A stretch of DNA of 55,769 bases, filler included, from Asterionella formosa (lineage: Eukaryota), in the NCBI GenBank assembly GCA_002256025.1. It is 6 parts of 6 records of this genome, joined end to end, with 100 filler letters (N's around TTAATTAATTAA, not from the genome) between each part and the next. Parts side by side here need not be neighbours in the genome. Positions count along the whole stretch, not along the records: positions 9,335 to 18,550 come from NKIB01010943.1; positions 18,651 to 27,866 come from NKIB01010945.1; 4 more parts are not named here. The stretch is one strand, 5' to 3'. Every line of letters begins with the position of its first letter. Position 1 is the first letter of the stretch. The notes beneath the pieces are model-generated. The model was not told where the DNA came from and did not search any database. It was given only the letters and a program-made list of their open reading frames with translations. Positions 11,898 through 24,330 of the stretch are shown piece by piece. Both the position numbers and the translations under genes were made by a program.

Positions 11898-14249
11898 TAT
11901 ACCCTCTTTCAAATCAACTCCCAAAATGGACGAATTCAAAAAGCTGAATCATCTAAAAATATCCAAGGCCTTTTAGGAGGGCAATCGCCATAATGACGAT
12001 TTATTATCAAAAACTTCATTTCGGTATGATGCGATCATGAAAAAGATGACCAATGTACGAATATCATTCGATATTCGGAAAAGACAAAAAAAGCAACCCC
12101 CCCCCCCTACTCACGAGCAAAATATTGCCACTATGTGATGACGACGTTGTCGAAACGACCCACCGGATGTACTATCTTTCGTAATAATGATTTTAACGGT
12201 AACCCCTTAAGAAATGAGGTCTGACGCGCACGAACCGCAACCTCCAGGAACGGTTACCAGTTTATGTCATTTTTCAGAAAGTCAAAATTGTGCAGTTGGC
12301 TACTGAACGTTAATTTTCCATTAACAAACAAACAATAACTATTCATGTGTTCCAATACAATTAATTATTCTCCTGGCTGAAGAACTAAATAACCCTTGGG
12401 TTTGAATATGATTGAGGAAATAAGTGAAAATGAGGAAAATCGAATGACATTGTTTCGGCTCCTCCGAAAACTCATTTCTTTGACCCCAAAATGAATTGAT
12501 CAATTAAACCTGCAACATCCAAATAATTTGCAAAAACAAATTTCTTCGCACAAGATAAAAATTGAAGAGTAAATACTTGATTAATATCCCTATTGAAGAA
12601 TGAAAAGCGAAATACGACTTTTGAAATTAGTTAAATGACAAGGAGAATCAAAGGGGCTTTTCTTTGTTTCTCACGTCAGAAAACAAAAATCGAATTTTTC
12701 AATCATTGAGAAACAAGAACTACGAAAAATGGCAGAAGAGAAAGTTTCATGAGAAAAAATAGCATATCAAAGTAGATTGTCATTGAGGCACAGATTCTCC
12801 AATTGTAGAGTTATATACTCTTAATGATTTCATACTATCTCAGGTCAAGATGTCAATCTTAGTTAGATCCTTACGTATTTCTTACATTGTGTTTTTGTCA
12901 AAATGTGATTGTTAGGCTGTTGATGACGGCAGGTAAATGAAAAAAATTCGGCTTTGATGTTGACAAATGAATAGAGAAAGACAATATTTATTCAGTCGTC
13001 GGAAAACTGTCGACATCAATAGACTAACTTGAATATTCTGACATGGGTTACATATGATCTCAGGTCAACCTTTTTGCTTCACTTGAACTTTAGCCAAACT
13101 TCAACATAATTGAATTTAATATTATCTCAGGGCTGTTCGCTCAACTTACCTGAATATGCAATATAATACATCTGATTCCCTCATGATTCTCCAACATTTT
13201 GGCTGATTCATCGTATGATCTACGTTCATTAATGAGTAGTTTGTAAAATTGAACTTATCAGAATGCCCATGTAGTGGACTTTATTCAATTCCAAAGGATC
13301 CTGAGGACGTTCTATATGAGCTCCAGCCAGTGTGACATCAATTGATTTCACCAAAGAAAGGTGTTAGACGGAATTTTGATTTGAATGGCGAGTTTCGCTG
13401 GCTTTGAGGAAGCGAGTGTTTCGGGGGATTCAATCAATTGAATGAATGTGAAGGGGGCGAAAATATGAGAATTTTACTTTAGATCTTTTATGAGGATTGG
13501 GTTGGCAAGGGCGCGAATCGCCAGTTACCCCTGGCCAGCGATTGTTACTTATCGTGACACTCCATGAACAATTTTATCAAATTATTTTGTATTGAAAGTG
13601 TTTCATAGCGGCTGTAGATGATTTTGCGCTTTAAGATTTTATTCATTGAAGCTGTGAAGGTCAGTGAGTAGACAAGAAGCAGTAAAACATGGGAGGACCA
13701 TTCTATATGGGATCGATCCCGATTCTGTTTTGAATTGTCACTTCTCAATGTATTGACACCGCGATGCTCTTCTTGTATTTTGCAGTACTTTTTCAATTAA
13801 TTGCTATAGGAAAAGAGAGAGTGAAAGCTTGTAGAGGGACTCTATACTGCAACAGAACTAGCTACTGCGTCGACTGAATTCCAACATCCTTCAGCAAGAA
13901 GAATGTTTTGTGGCCAGAGTCCGGAAAATAGTATATAACTTGTTGGCCAACATATTTCAAACAAGAATTAAAAGGATCGGCCTCAAGTTGTTTCACTATC
14001 TGTGAAGGGTTCTCAGAGATACAGAAAAAATATCATCAGCATATACCAGGATGTATTCGTAATATGTGTCTACTGAGACTTAACTTTTTCGTAAGTTGAG
14101 CTGAAGAGCAAAATGTGAACGCCATGCAGCGCCCGAATTCTTTTGAGTCCATAAGATTGCTCGAACCATGATATCAGTCTTGCCTTCATCCACGCCGAAT
14201 TTGCAGTGGTATATAAACCTTTAAATGGGTTGTTAGGCATTAAGGTTCC

Positions 14250-14660
14250 TGCATTCGGGGGAAATCTGTTTATTTGGTGTAGTAAAAAATACCGAAGTTC
14301 CTTTCTGCACTTTCTCGCCGGAAGATATACATACATATTTATGCTCTAAATCCCCTTCAGGCCCAGCCGACGTTGAGCTATGATCATCCAAAAAATCGAC
14401 AAAATCGGCCTTTTCTATGGTCTCCAAAATATCGGAATCAGAATGAATGACTATTAGCCGAAACGTCATATTTGCAATAGTGGTCGTGTGCCAGAATTTT
14501 TAGTCCTAAAATCTCAAATCCAACAAAAATTTCATTTGAATAATAATTTTGGTCGATGTAAGTTACACCTCCATTTATTTGATTGGCAATTGATATGCAT
14601 GTAGTTGCAATACTGCTCCGGCCACACACATTATGCACATGTATCATTTTTGGGGCTGTT
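14250..14660. repeat. Dispersed repeat family A, partial copy (3' hairpin arm only)
   Basis: ACCGAAGTTCCTTTCTGCA...ACAAAATCGGCCTTTT...AATTTTTAGTCCTAAAATCTC is shared with the 17380 and 47320 copies. Confidence 0.85.
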
Positions 14661-14966
14661 AACTGGTATGCTATCCCGCTAATAACAACATAACGGTACC
14701 ACCACTAGGCCGCTACTCGAGATCAGTCTTGTTCAGTCAGCACTGTCCCTCATTTCTGTTACTGGGTACTTGCAAGCTTGCTCATTCATTTAGATACATT
14801 ACACTTTTGCATATGTGTCCAAAAATGCATATTAGTATCCCTTCATTTGAACTAAAAAATCGCTTTAGTGGATTTCGCCACACAACCTAGCCTGCTTACC
14901 AGGCAGAATCAATTTGTTCAATGTATAAGCTCACAATTTGATTCCAATATGGAAAATTCCAGCAAC

Positions 14967-15052
14967 AGAAATGAGTCCCAACACCAAGGGCTCGACAGTG
15001 ACTACTTGAGAAATGAGTCCCCAACACCAAGGCTCGACAGTTGACTACTTGA
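14967..15052. repeat. ~43-bp tandem duplication
   Basis: AGAAATGAGTCCCAACACCAAGG(G)CTCGACAGTGACTACTTG occurs twice with small indels. Confidence 0.9.
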
Positions 15053-15599
15053 GCTCATTGGCTTGTAATACATATTCATGAATATTGCATCTGAATTTGC
15101 ACTATAACTCACAAAGAAGGCTGATTGTTAACAAGAGCTGTTTGTGCAACCAACAAAATCAATGCATCCAGAGTCTTCTTGCATTCATATCTGGAATGAC
15201 TCAAAGTGGCTTGCACAGACTAAAAGGGCTTGATGCTGGCTACAAAGTCGAAAACAAAGAAGAATTCATAAGCACCTGATTTGCAATAATAGTGGTGTTG
15301 CATGGTAATAACAACTTGTGAGAAGTTTGGAAAAAGCAAAGATAACTATGTTCAAATGGGACAAGTTGATATATATCAACAGCATCAATTGAAAACAATC
15401 AGGCTTGTGTGAAAGGCACGCAACTCGTTTGCATGCTTCAATAAATTTCAACAAATGCGTACATTCTTGTTCAACAGCGCTACAACAACAGCAAGTGAGG
15501 ACAGCTGGAGCAGTTTCCATGTTAAACAAAGCAAATTTTGACTACGTTATTACATGTATTGTTTCTATTACTAGATTCCTGTATCTGAATTTCTTGGTA

Positions 15600-16425
15600 A
15601 CCAATGTACCAGCTGAAGTAATGTAATAATTTGGCTCGTCATTTCCATCCGTCATCACTCTGATTTTTGCAATGGCACAACAACGAAATACTAGCGATGA
15701 GAAGTGAAATGATTGTTTGCGATAACGACGTCTTCAATTGTTGGTCAAGTGATCATCATATCTTTGAGTAAAAAAATGTCATGATGTGCAGAACCTATGT
15801 TCTTAATCATTCAATAATTACTAAGAGTTTACAGAGAAGAAATCATTCGAACTCGGAATGTTTCCGCACACAGCGCAAAAAGTAAATCCGTTTCGTCGAC
15901 CTCCAGCATGACTTTTTGTTGACATTTTCAATTCTCACATGATAGTACATCTACTATTGGGATTCAGCGTAGAAGGAGATACGAAAATGTAACAGACAGC
16001 TATCCACATAGTTAAAGTTATAGAACGATTCTGATTACAATTTCTTTTTCATATCGCTCGTTTCTGCATTTGGCATGCTGTACTTGTATTTATTACTATT
16101 GAATTTGTCCGCATCTTTGATACCATCAAGAGAGCAAAAGCAAGTGGCTCTCTTCATTGTTATTGTTTGCTCATGGAAAAACCCGCCCGGTATCGGTATC
16201 GTCAACAATAGAGGGACAAATGTCCTTCATCATTATCATTGTAGTTTGCTGCAGGAAAAATTTGATATCTGTATTGTCATTTACTTGTTAGAACTGTCCG
16301 TTGCCTCAAACCTACTTAGCGTGTGCATACACGCACTGTTGAATTGTTTTCATTGATATGTTGTTCTTGTATTCACTGTTGAACTTGCTTGTCCGCATCT
16401 TTGTTACAATCAATAGAGCAACAAC
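15600..16425. repeat. Dispersed repeat family B, copy 2 (opposite orientation), with ~130 bp extra sequence at ~15727-15858
   Basis: AATGTACCAGCTGAAGTAATG...CATCCGTCATCACTCTGATTTTTGCAA is the reverse complement of ~4240-4307. Alignment resumes after the extra segment at TTCCGCACACAGCGC. Confidence 0.85.
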
Positions 16426-17068
16426 GAGGAGATTTCTGGAATAAGAAGGGAGTCTTGACATTCAATTGTGATGGGGGAGGACCCCCCCCCCCAATTCAAA
16501 AACCCCAAATCGAACCCCCTCCAATCGGAGCAAGGTTTGGAAACGTTTTTTCAGAAAATCATTCTTCAAAATTTTTAGATTTTGATATTATTGAAATTAA
16601 TTGGCCAGTGCGAAACCGTTAGAATCTTCTAAATTTCTAAGTAATATTACCGGAGGAGTCGAATTTGAGTGCCTGCCGGCGCCGCGTTCCAGTTTCGGCA
16701 AAATGACCGCAACTTTTGTTAAAGTTATTAGCTTTATTGGATAGATCTATATCGTTAGACAAAGAAGACTATAGATAGAGACGTTCGTTTCTCTTTCGTT
16801 TCTATATTCTTATTGTGAGTTTACTAACTGTTTAGGTTGTCCGGTTTGAACAAACAAACAAACTTTTCCCCAAATGCTGTTAAAAAATATTATCAATCAA
16901 ATCTTTTTGTACATTAAAGCTATCCAATAATCGCACTCATGCTGCCCAAATAATTAATAGGTGGACACAATTAGCACCGGTTTTATTCGTCTGTATGGTA
17001 CAACGGAACCTGTCTTTTCGTCAGCCGCACCCCCTGGAACACTAGGTATTATTACATGAAAAAACAGG

Positions 17069-17130
17069 TGGAGAATGCAAGAATCGAACCTGCCACTACA
17101 TCAGGTGTGCTGACCACTAAGCCATTCCCC
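17069..17130 (-). ncRNA. tRNA-like element (tRNA pseudogene, SINE head or short Pol III RNA) lacking a canonical anticodon arm
   Basis: Minus strand reads GGGGAAT-GGCTTAGTGG...GCAGG-TTCGATT-CTTGC-ATTCTCC-A: 7-bp acceptor stem, A box, T arm/B box, followed by a T6 run. Confidence 0.65.
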
Positions 17131-17374
17131 TATTCTCCAAGAAATGCTGTTTGCATTTCTAGAAACATACAATCATAGATAGACCCATGTCTATCTCACA
17201 CTTACTGATCATAGGTTAATAACAATTGATCATTCATTTAAAAACTATCGGTCTTCCGAAATAGCTAATATTGTCTGGCTCATTATAGCCGGAGTAACAA
17301 CGTTGAACATGTGGTTGATGAGTGCTTGGTAAATCAAAATTGACTCTTTTTTCATAACTACGTAGATGAGCTGA

Positions 17375-18115
17375 AATTGAACCCCTAAGTCGAGGTAGGG
17401 TTTAAAAACTAATATTGAGTCAGACTAATCAAACACATACTTTCCACATATAAATCAATTATTTATAATGCTCAACGGAGCTTTCACCAATATACACCCT
17501 TTCCATATGCTTAAATACAGCCTTTGGACAAAAGTAGGGGTGTAGATCCACTCTATATATTGTCAGGATATAGGATCTGGTCAGAAACTACAGAAAGGAA
17601 CTTCGGTTATTTTACTATGCTAAAGGACTGGAAAATTCGGGAGAAATCTTTTTATTTGGCATAGTTAAAGAATCGAAGTTCCTTTCTGCAGTTTCTCGCC
17701 AGAAGTTATATACTGATGCTATTTGAAAGTTTCCTATGTATCTAAATCGCCATCAGACCCAGCCAACGTTTAGCTATCGTCTTCCAAAAACTTGACAAAA
17801 TCGGCCTTTTTTCGACGCTCGCCAAAATATCGGAATCAGAATTATTAAGTGCCGAAACGTCTTCATCGGAATCGTAGTCGTGTGTCGGAATTTTTAGTCC
17901 TAAAATCTCGATTCCGAAAAATTCCATTGTAAGTGCCCGCTTCCATGTATATAATAATATGATCTGTGCACGTGAATTACATTCCTCTGTTTGATTGGCC
18001 TGGTTTGCGAGATCTTGCAAACCCACGCCGGCCACATTGGAAAAACATGTGACATTTTCTTGGGTATACTGACACAGTCCGGTCCTATATTGACGACGGG
18101 TACCACTAGATGATC
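17375..18115. repeat. Dispersed repeat family A, long copy with large hairpin at ~17577-17703
   Basis: Collinear with 47315-48020, e.g. GAGGTAGGGTT..AATATTGAGTCAGA and AACGGAGCTTTC.CCAATATACACCCTTTCCATATGCTTA. Confidence 0.9.
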
Positions 18116-18270
18116 ATCATTGGACATACGCGTACCGCTTCTTGTCAAGTGCAGCAACCTTCACAAACTTGTAGGTATCGTCAGTCTACCGTAGTTTCAA
18201 CGGATCAAGAAGCCTGCTCCTGTTTCAACTCCAGGCGGAGCACAGAATTCTTCACCAACGGGCATTAGCT

Positions 18271-18550
18271 ATGAGGTTCCAAAATTCTCAAAGCAATCGG
18301 AGCTTGTCGCATGCCAGGCTTCCACAACCAAACGAGGATTGCTCGAATGAAGGAGAAATGGAGCGACACTCAGACCAGCATTCGTTCGTCGTTTGTGCCG
18401 ACACTCAACTAGGAATGCTCAGCGGAAACAAGGAATGGGACACAGAGTTGTTTTTTGCACGTCAAGCTGTGGAGCTCATCAATGGTTTGGATCCGAGACC
18501 AGCCTTTTGTTGTGTTTGCGGCGACATTGTCGATATGGAATATACTTTCT
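18271..18550 (+). CDS. Calcineurin-like metallophosphoesterase, CPPED1-like (5' fragment)
   Basis: SFVVCADTQLG and FCCVCGDIVD match the DxQ and GDxxD metallophosphoesterase motifs. Truncated at the linker. Confidence 0.8.
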
Positions 18551-18699
18551 NNNNNNNNNNNNNNNNNNNNNNNNNNNNNNNNNNNNNNNNNNNNTTAATT
18601 AATTAANNNNNNNNNNNNNNNNNNNNNNNNNNNNNNNNNNNNNNNNNNNNAAAGCCCAAGTTTGGAGACTTTTCGTGTAATTACACGCATTTCCTGAAA

Positions 18700-19709
18700 T
18701 TTGCTGACATTTCCTTACTTTTCCTGAAGGTCATATAAATGGAGTCATTCCGGAATTTCCATTTGTCCAATGAGTAAGTTCGAAGAATAGTGATGAGTTG
18801 GCAAAACTAACTAGTGGGATCATACTGTTGCTCTAGGAATTGTTGAGCTTTGTATGTGCTGTACATTGCTTGGCCACAGGATAGAGGGATATGGCCCCGA
18901 AGTAGGTGGTTCCATCCAATCGAAGATTGTTGGTTGAAAGCAGTATAGACAGAGAACTTGAGGGTATACAAGGGGGGGGAGGAGAAAATGGCCACATGGG
19001 AGAGGTATCTCCATTCTCCCAGCAGGAGTGGAGCCCGTGAGTAAGCGCTAGTAGAATACTATTGGCGGGGGTCTGAAACCTATTGTGAACGGTTTCCACA
19101 ATCATCGTTCATTCGGTGTCATGGAAAGTAACCAATTCGGGCAGTAGAGGACATGATCATGGGTTTCAGGAGAGGAGCGGCACTGAGAAATCCACAGCAC
19201 TCTGTACGAAAGGAGGTTAAGGCTATGGCAGTGGGTTTAGTAAGATTCATGCCATGTTGCTGAACACCACTGGATCAGCCATGAATGTGCCAGAAAAACG
19301 AGCCAGTGGGAGAGCAAACTGAACCATCAGTGGTTAGCTCAAAATTGTTGTTTTGTATATTGTGTAGGAGTAAGGAGATATTTGCCGGTATGGTGATAGC
19401 ACCTATGTAATGTTGGTCATATGGCAAGAGAGAGAGAATATAATCGGAGAAACTGAGGAGAATCTGGGGTTCAGCCAGCAAAGAGGAAAAGATGTTGGGT
19501 AGATGGGATATTAAATATTATTTGGGGAGAGGGTGAATTGGAAGGCGGCAGGGGGGGGGGAGAGAACTGGTATGGTTGGAACTCAAATGACAATAGAAAG
19601 TGGAAGAGGTAGGGTGAAAGTAGTAGATAAGCCATCGCTGGTGGGAGGGGTCATGGGGAAGCCAGCTCGAAAGATAACATTGGGGCATAAATGGAGTGAG
19701 TGTGGATTC
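18700..19709 (-). mobile_element. Degenerate non-LTR retrotransposon (LINE) 3' fragment: RNase H start plus zinc-knuckle-like C-terminus
   Basis: Contains FELTTDGSV...GSFFW and TSFRTECCG (RNase H-like), CRSSPETHDHVLYCP (C-H-C knuckle) and QQSSIGWNHLLRGHI, with multiple stops and frameshifts. Confidence 0.75.
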
Positions 19710-19760
19710 ATTCAGTCACGGCAGTGTACATTGGAGGGTCCAGGACAATGAAGTATATGG
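19710..19760. mobile_element. Solo right end of the 11250-11897 MITE family
   Basis: TTCAGTCACGGCAGTGTACATTGGAGGGTCCAGGACAATGAAGTATATGG|TA matches ~11848-11897 with 2 mismatches. Confidence 0.9.
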
Positions 19761-20398
19761 TAGTCTAGCAAGGATGCGGCACCACCAAATAGTCCAGCTG
19801 GCTTGACCAGGACGCGGTTGTTTCTGTACTCAATGTATAGCTATGTATGTTAAATTGGTTTCAATTAATTTATTTATATGCTAATAATTTAATTAGTGAT
19901 TGCAAGTTCATTCTCATGTTTAAATAACTAGAAAAATATTTTCGATTAAGCCGACCCTCACATAGAAAAATGGTATGCTGTCCACCTAATCCATCCTAAA
20001 ATAAGCTGCTCAGCACTGGGGGTTCCAATAATGGATGCAACTGGTATTGGTATTGGACAGAGGAAGTATCATAGAAAATACCAGCAGCAGTTCATTCTTC
20101 ACCACAGGTCCCCAGATTACTTTTTTCCTCGTTCCCATGGTCTGCAGATTTTGATGATTCATCGATTTTTGGGTGTCTATTCACTTTCTCTTTGTACATA
20201 ATAGCTGACTCAATATATATTGGTTGCCCTTAGAAGAATGCTCTTGGAGTACATGATACTATGCCGACATAGTAGATTACAATGCTCTCGCTAACTATAC
20301 TAAAGCAAGTAGACTTAAACTTGGGTTAAAAACTTTCAAACATTGCAATGGAATGTTATTTGCAGGTAGAAAGGACGAAAAAAGTCAACGCCATCAAG

Positions 20399-23300
20399 TC
20401 ACGCTAGTAGGTCTTCGTCGGATTCTTCCGACTCAACTTCAGCTTCGACCTCTATGGCATTTTCTTCTTCATCGATCTCATCATCGTCAAGTTCATGGGC
20501 AACAACGTCCGAGCCATCATCATCAGATTCGTCAATATCTGCCTTGATTTCTTCAACAGCTTGATCATCACTATCATATTCGTCTATATCAGCTGAATGA
20601 GACTTTTCTCCAGGATCTTGAGGATCGGCACTGACCTCAGGAAGGGAATCAGCTTCTGGAGCATCACTTGCATCTGCGCTCACAACCAGAACACTCTCGA
20701 CGCGATTCTTTGGCTCCACCTTCCCTGGAGTCTTTTTACCTTTGTTGCGCATGATCAATCGCTTCGCTTCTTTTTCACTTGCATAGATAAGAGCTTCAGC
20801 GACCTCGAGCTTTGAGATCGTCTCCTCCCTTAGAAGCTTTCTCTTCTTTGTAGATTCCTTGACTTGCTCAAGCTTCTTCTGGAGTAGAAGAAGTTGTTTT
20901 TCAAGGTTATTGGTCCGTTCTGCAGAAGTTTTGGGACCATCGACGTCGATTTCATCCCAAGGACGGATCTTCATGTCATCGTCGCCATTCTCGGGCATGG
21001 GAATTTCTCCAGCGGCGGCACAAAAAGCGAGGGTCATTCCAAGCAGACCGGATGAGTCCACTACGGATGTAGGAATGTTGACCACCCCTCCTAGACCGAG
21101 AGTCTTCATATCATCCCTTTTCGCAATACGCGTGATGTATCCCGTTACAATAGCACATGCACGGGCCCGCTTGTCATTTGTTAAAACTGATTCGTCCTCT
21201 GCCACATCGCTTCGCTTGCGTTTCTTCTTTTTCAGGTCGTCTTTCATCATTTTTTCGCGCTCTTTGGTACGCTTTTTCCGCTTGCGTTCAAGCTCACGAA
21301 GTTCAGCCTTTTCCTCTTTTTCTCTCTGCTTCTGGAGCCTCTTGGACTCCCTGGCATCGTTACTAGTTCGGCTCTTCTTCTTCGACTTCATAACCTCGGG
21401 CTTCGACTTTGTAGTGTCGGACTTGGTCTTGTTTTCTGTCTTTGACTTGCCACTCTCCGACTTTGCCTTACCCACCTCCGACTTAGCTTTTCCACTCTCC
21501 GACTTTGACTTACTTCCGTCAGACTTCGACTTCTTGACTTGGTCTGCCTTTTCTTTCTTTTGTGCGTCATTTTTTTCCTTCTTTCTAGCCAATGCTCGTT
21601 TTTTCGCATTTTTCCTGCCTTCCGCGCTGAAATCAATAAGCCCATCGCTGGACAGGAGCTCGTTGGCTTCTTCAGCGTCAGATGACGTCGGATCATTGAA
21701 TTCAGTATCACCATCCTCTTCTTCGGCTTCGTCGTCTGATTGAGAAAGGACACTATAGCTGTAGTTCATGTCTTCCTCCGCTTCTTCCTCCTCTTCTGTG
21801 AGATCACCACATGTGTCGCTTAGCTGCAACTCAAATTCTTCCAAGGCCCATTTTCCTTCCTCCAGCGCCACAATAAAGGTCTTGGAATCCGAAATACGTG
21901 ATCGTTTCTTTTTCGTAATGTTTCCGGCAGCGGAGGCCAAATTAGGATCTTCCTCTGGATCAAAACTTTCAATAATATCAGCTTCCTTTACCCAGATAAA
22001 TTCGTGGGTTCCCATAAACTCGACGAGGAAGAAACTCATCTGTTCCGTGGCCCCAGATTTTTGTCGCTTCAGGGCCAGTTCAGCCTTGCGTTTGCCTGCC
22101 TGCAATTCCGCTCGAAGTTTGTCAGGCAGACGCGATTCATTCCTCTCCGTCAATGCCGTATGCCACTCTTCTCTTTGATCTGGTGGTGCAAGAATGCCAA
22201 GTACCAAAGCGGGCCAAAACGGTTTCTTGCTGCTTTCTCGAGCCCAGATTGCTGCCGCCATGCAACCCCAAATGCTGGACTGGTTGACTCCCCTGCAGCT
22301 AGCCTCATAGATTGGAACGAGAATCTTACTGAAAAGTCGTGTAATACGATTGGTCACCTTGAATTTGGTGGCAGGGGAGTCCTCGAATAAGGACGCATCA
22401 GTATAACATCGCTTGACATCCTTGTCAAGATCATCAACAAGATACTCAGAGTCATCTTCATCACTAGCTTTCTTCCTAAGTAGCTTGCAAAGACCGACAA
22501 GATTGTCCTTTACAACTACGACATCTGGATCATCACCTCCGTTCACGTTGAAAAGATATTCCGTGTCCAACTGATCTACGCGCCCATGGTTTTCAATAAA
22601 CGTTTCGACAGCGATGGCAGCCTTCTTGCAAAATCCACCACTTAGCATTGTCATACCAATCGCCCCAGCTCGCTTGGCCCGATCCTTATTGCGCTTTTCA
22701 TGAGCCTCGCGCGAAAGAACAGCGAGACGAGACTGTTTGCTCCCAATAGTAGGTGGAGGAGGATCAGAAGGAAGCATGTATTCGACCCATAATGCATTGA
22801 AATAGTCTCGAAGATGCAATGCGATAGAAATAAAAGCAGGAACGGCACTTTCCTTATTGCTTGGATGGGTGTGATACTTGATACAATTAGAGAAGATGCG
22901 CCACATATCGAGACGGATAGCCCTTGTGTTAGTGTATTGTCTCCGACGGATTCCTCTGCACACGCTGCTGAGGTCAATCGGATGTTTGACAATTTTTGAG
23001 TATACCGGAATTAACTTCGAATGGGGATAAATTCGAGTGAGCGCCTCTGCTGCACAATCATAGTAATCCAACCCAATCGGTCACTTACCTCTGGATGTAG
23101 AAGGGAAACAGGTCGGCTGAACTCTGCTAGCAATGGAACTCTGCAAAACTGATGCATTAAGGCTTGAATGTTGACATACTCCTCTTCCGTCACAGAGGCA
23201 ACAGGATCATCCAGCGAAGGGGCTGTATGCAACACTGCTTTTTTCTTGGGCGCCGCTGTCGGAAGTGTCGGCGATTTCAAGGGCTTTTTCTTGGAAGGAA

Positions 23301-23790
23301 CCTTTCTCTTCTTTGACAGCAGCGGAGATGCTACCGCTTCATCACCTTCTTCAAATACAGGCATGGCAACAGCTTCGGCTTCAACTGTGCTATCCCGAGC
23401 GATAACAGTCGCTAGAGCCAGTGGTTTACCCTTGGGTTCCAACGAGTAAGCTCCTCTTTGTTCTCCGTGATTATAGTGGTCAGATTCATCGTCCGACTCC
23501 GGAGATTGGTCGTTGTCGTAGCCTTGTCTTTCTGGAGCACGGGGCATCGTTCGCTCGGGGAGATATGCATCATACTGTAACTGCTGTCTCCGCAGAGCTT
23601 CCATGGCTTGCGATTGATACGTTGCTACCATCAAAGTAGGGACTGTACCTGAATACGCGTACGCGGCATCTAGAGGTGGGGGATGGGCAGTGTAAGCAGC
23701 TAGTGCAGACGCTGCTATTCTTGCTGGGTCAACGCGCTCCGAACGTTCGTCGCCACTATGGTTATGGGTGAGGCCACCGCCGTTCCACAT
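20399..23790 (-). CDS. Bromodomain + PWWP chromatin reader; exons 23790-23089 and 23014-20399
   Basis: Splicing a 74-nt GT-AG intron gives FSRPVSLLHPE|LIPVYSKIVKHPIDL...IFSNCIKYH (bromodomain). IWARESSKKPFWPA...VEFMGTHEFIWV is a PWWP domain, followed by Lys-rich and acidic tracts. Confidence 0.9.
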
Positions 23791-24330
23791 GCTTTTACTA
23801 TTAGTGAATGTGATTTGTTGGAACTTCAATTAATCGGTGAGGATCGGAAGGACGAGCAATGCATGAACAGTTGCGAAGATTGTTTCAAGCAGCAAAATGC
23901 AGCACCTCGTGCGTAGTAACGGCGAACACTGTCCACGACGAAGTCTCCCAAGAAATGAAACAACGCCGACAGCAGCAGTTTACTGTGATTACCCGGGAGG
24001 GTCATAAACAAATATTAATACGTATACCGGTACCGGTTTTAGACGAGCACGGGGCAGAACCGAAAACCGCCGAAGCCTGCATGAACATTTGTATTTACTG
24101 AATACATAATCAATATATGAATACCGGTACCAGCACTACGACGATGAATAGCTTTTTCTTGAATGTGTTAGACTACATATTATATTGGCATATGTATATA
24201 AAAAGAAATAAACCACCATTTATCATCCAAAAACGCCGATGTCAAAACATGGTCACAAATGCCATCAGTCAACACTCTGAACATTACATTTCTTGTCCTT
24301 GCTTATTAAATTTTGGGCTTCCCAAATAAC

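Noticed and set aside
3590..16425. ~800-bp inverted repeats that could bound a 13-kb giant transposon or Polinton
   Set aside because: The two copies lie on different scaffolds separated by an artificial linker, so orientation and distance are meaningless.
20859..22390. Long plus-strand ORFs (294, 136, 128 aa)
   Set aside because: Antisense shadows of the low-complexity bromodomain-PWWP gene.
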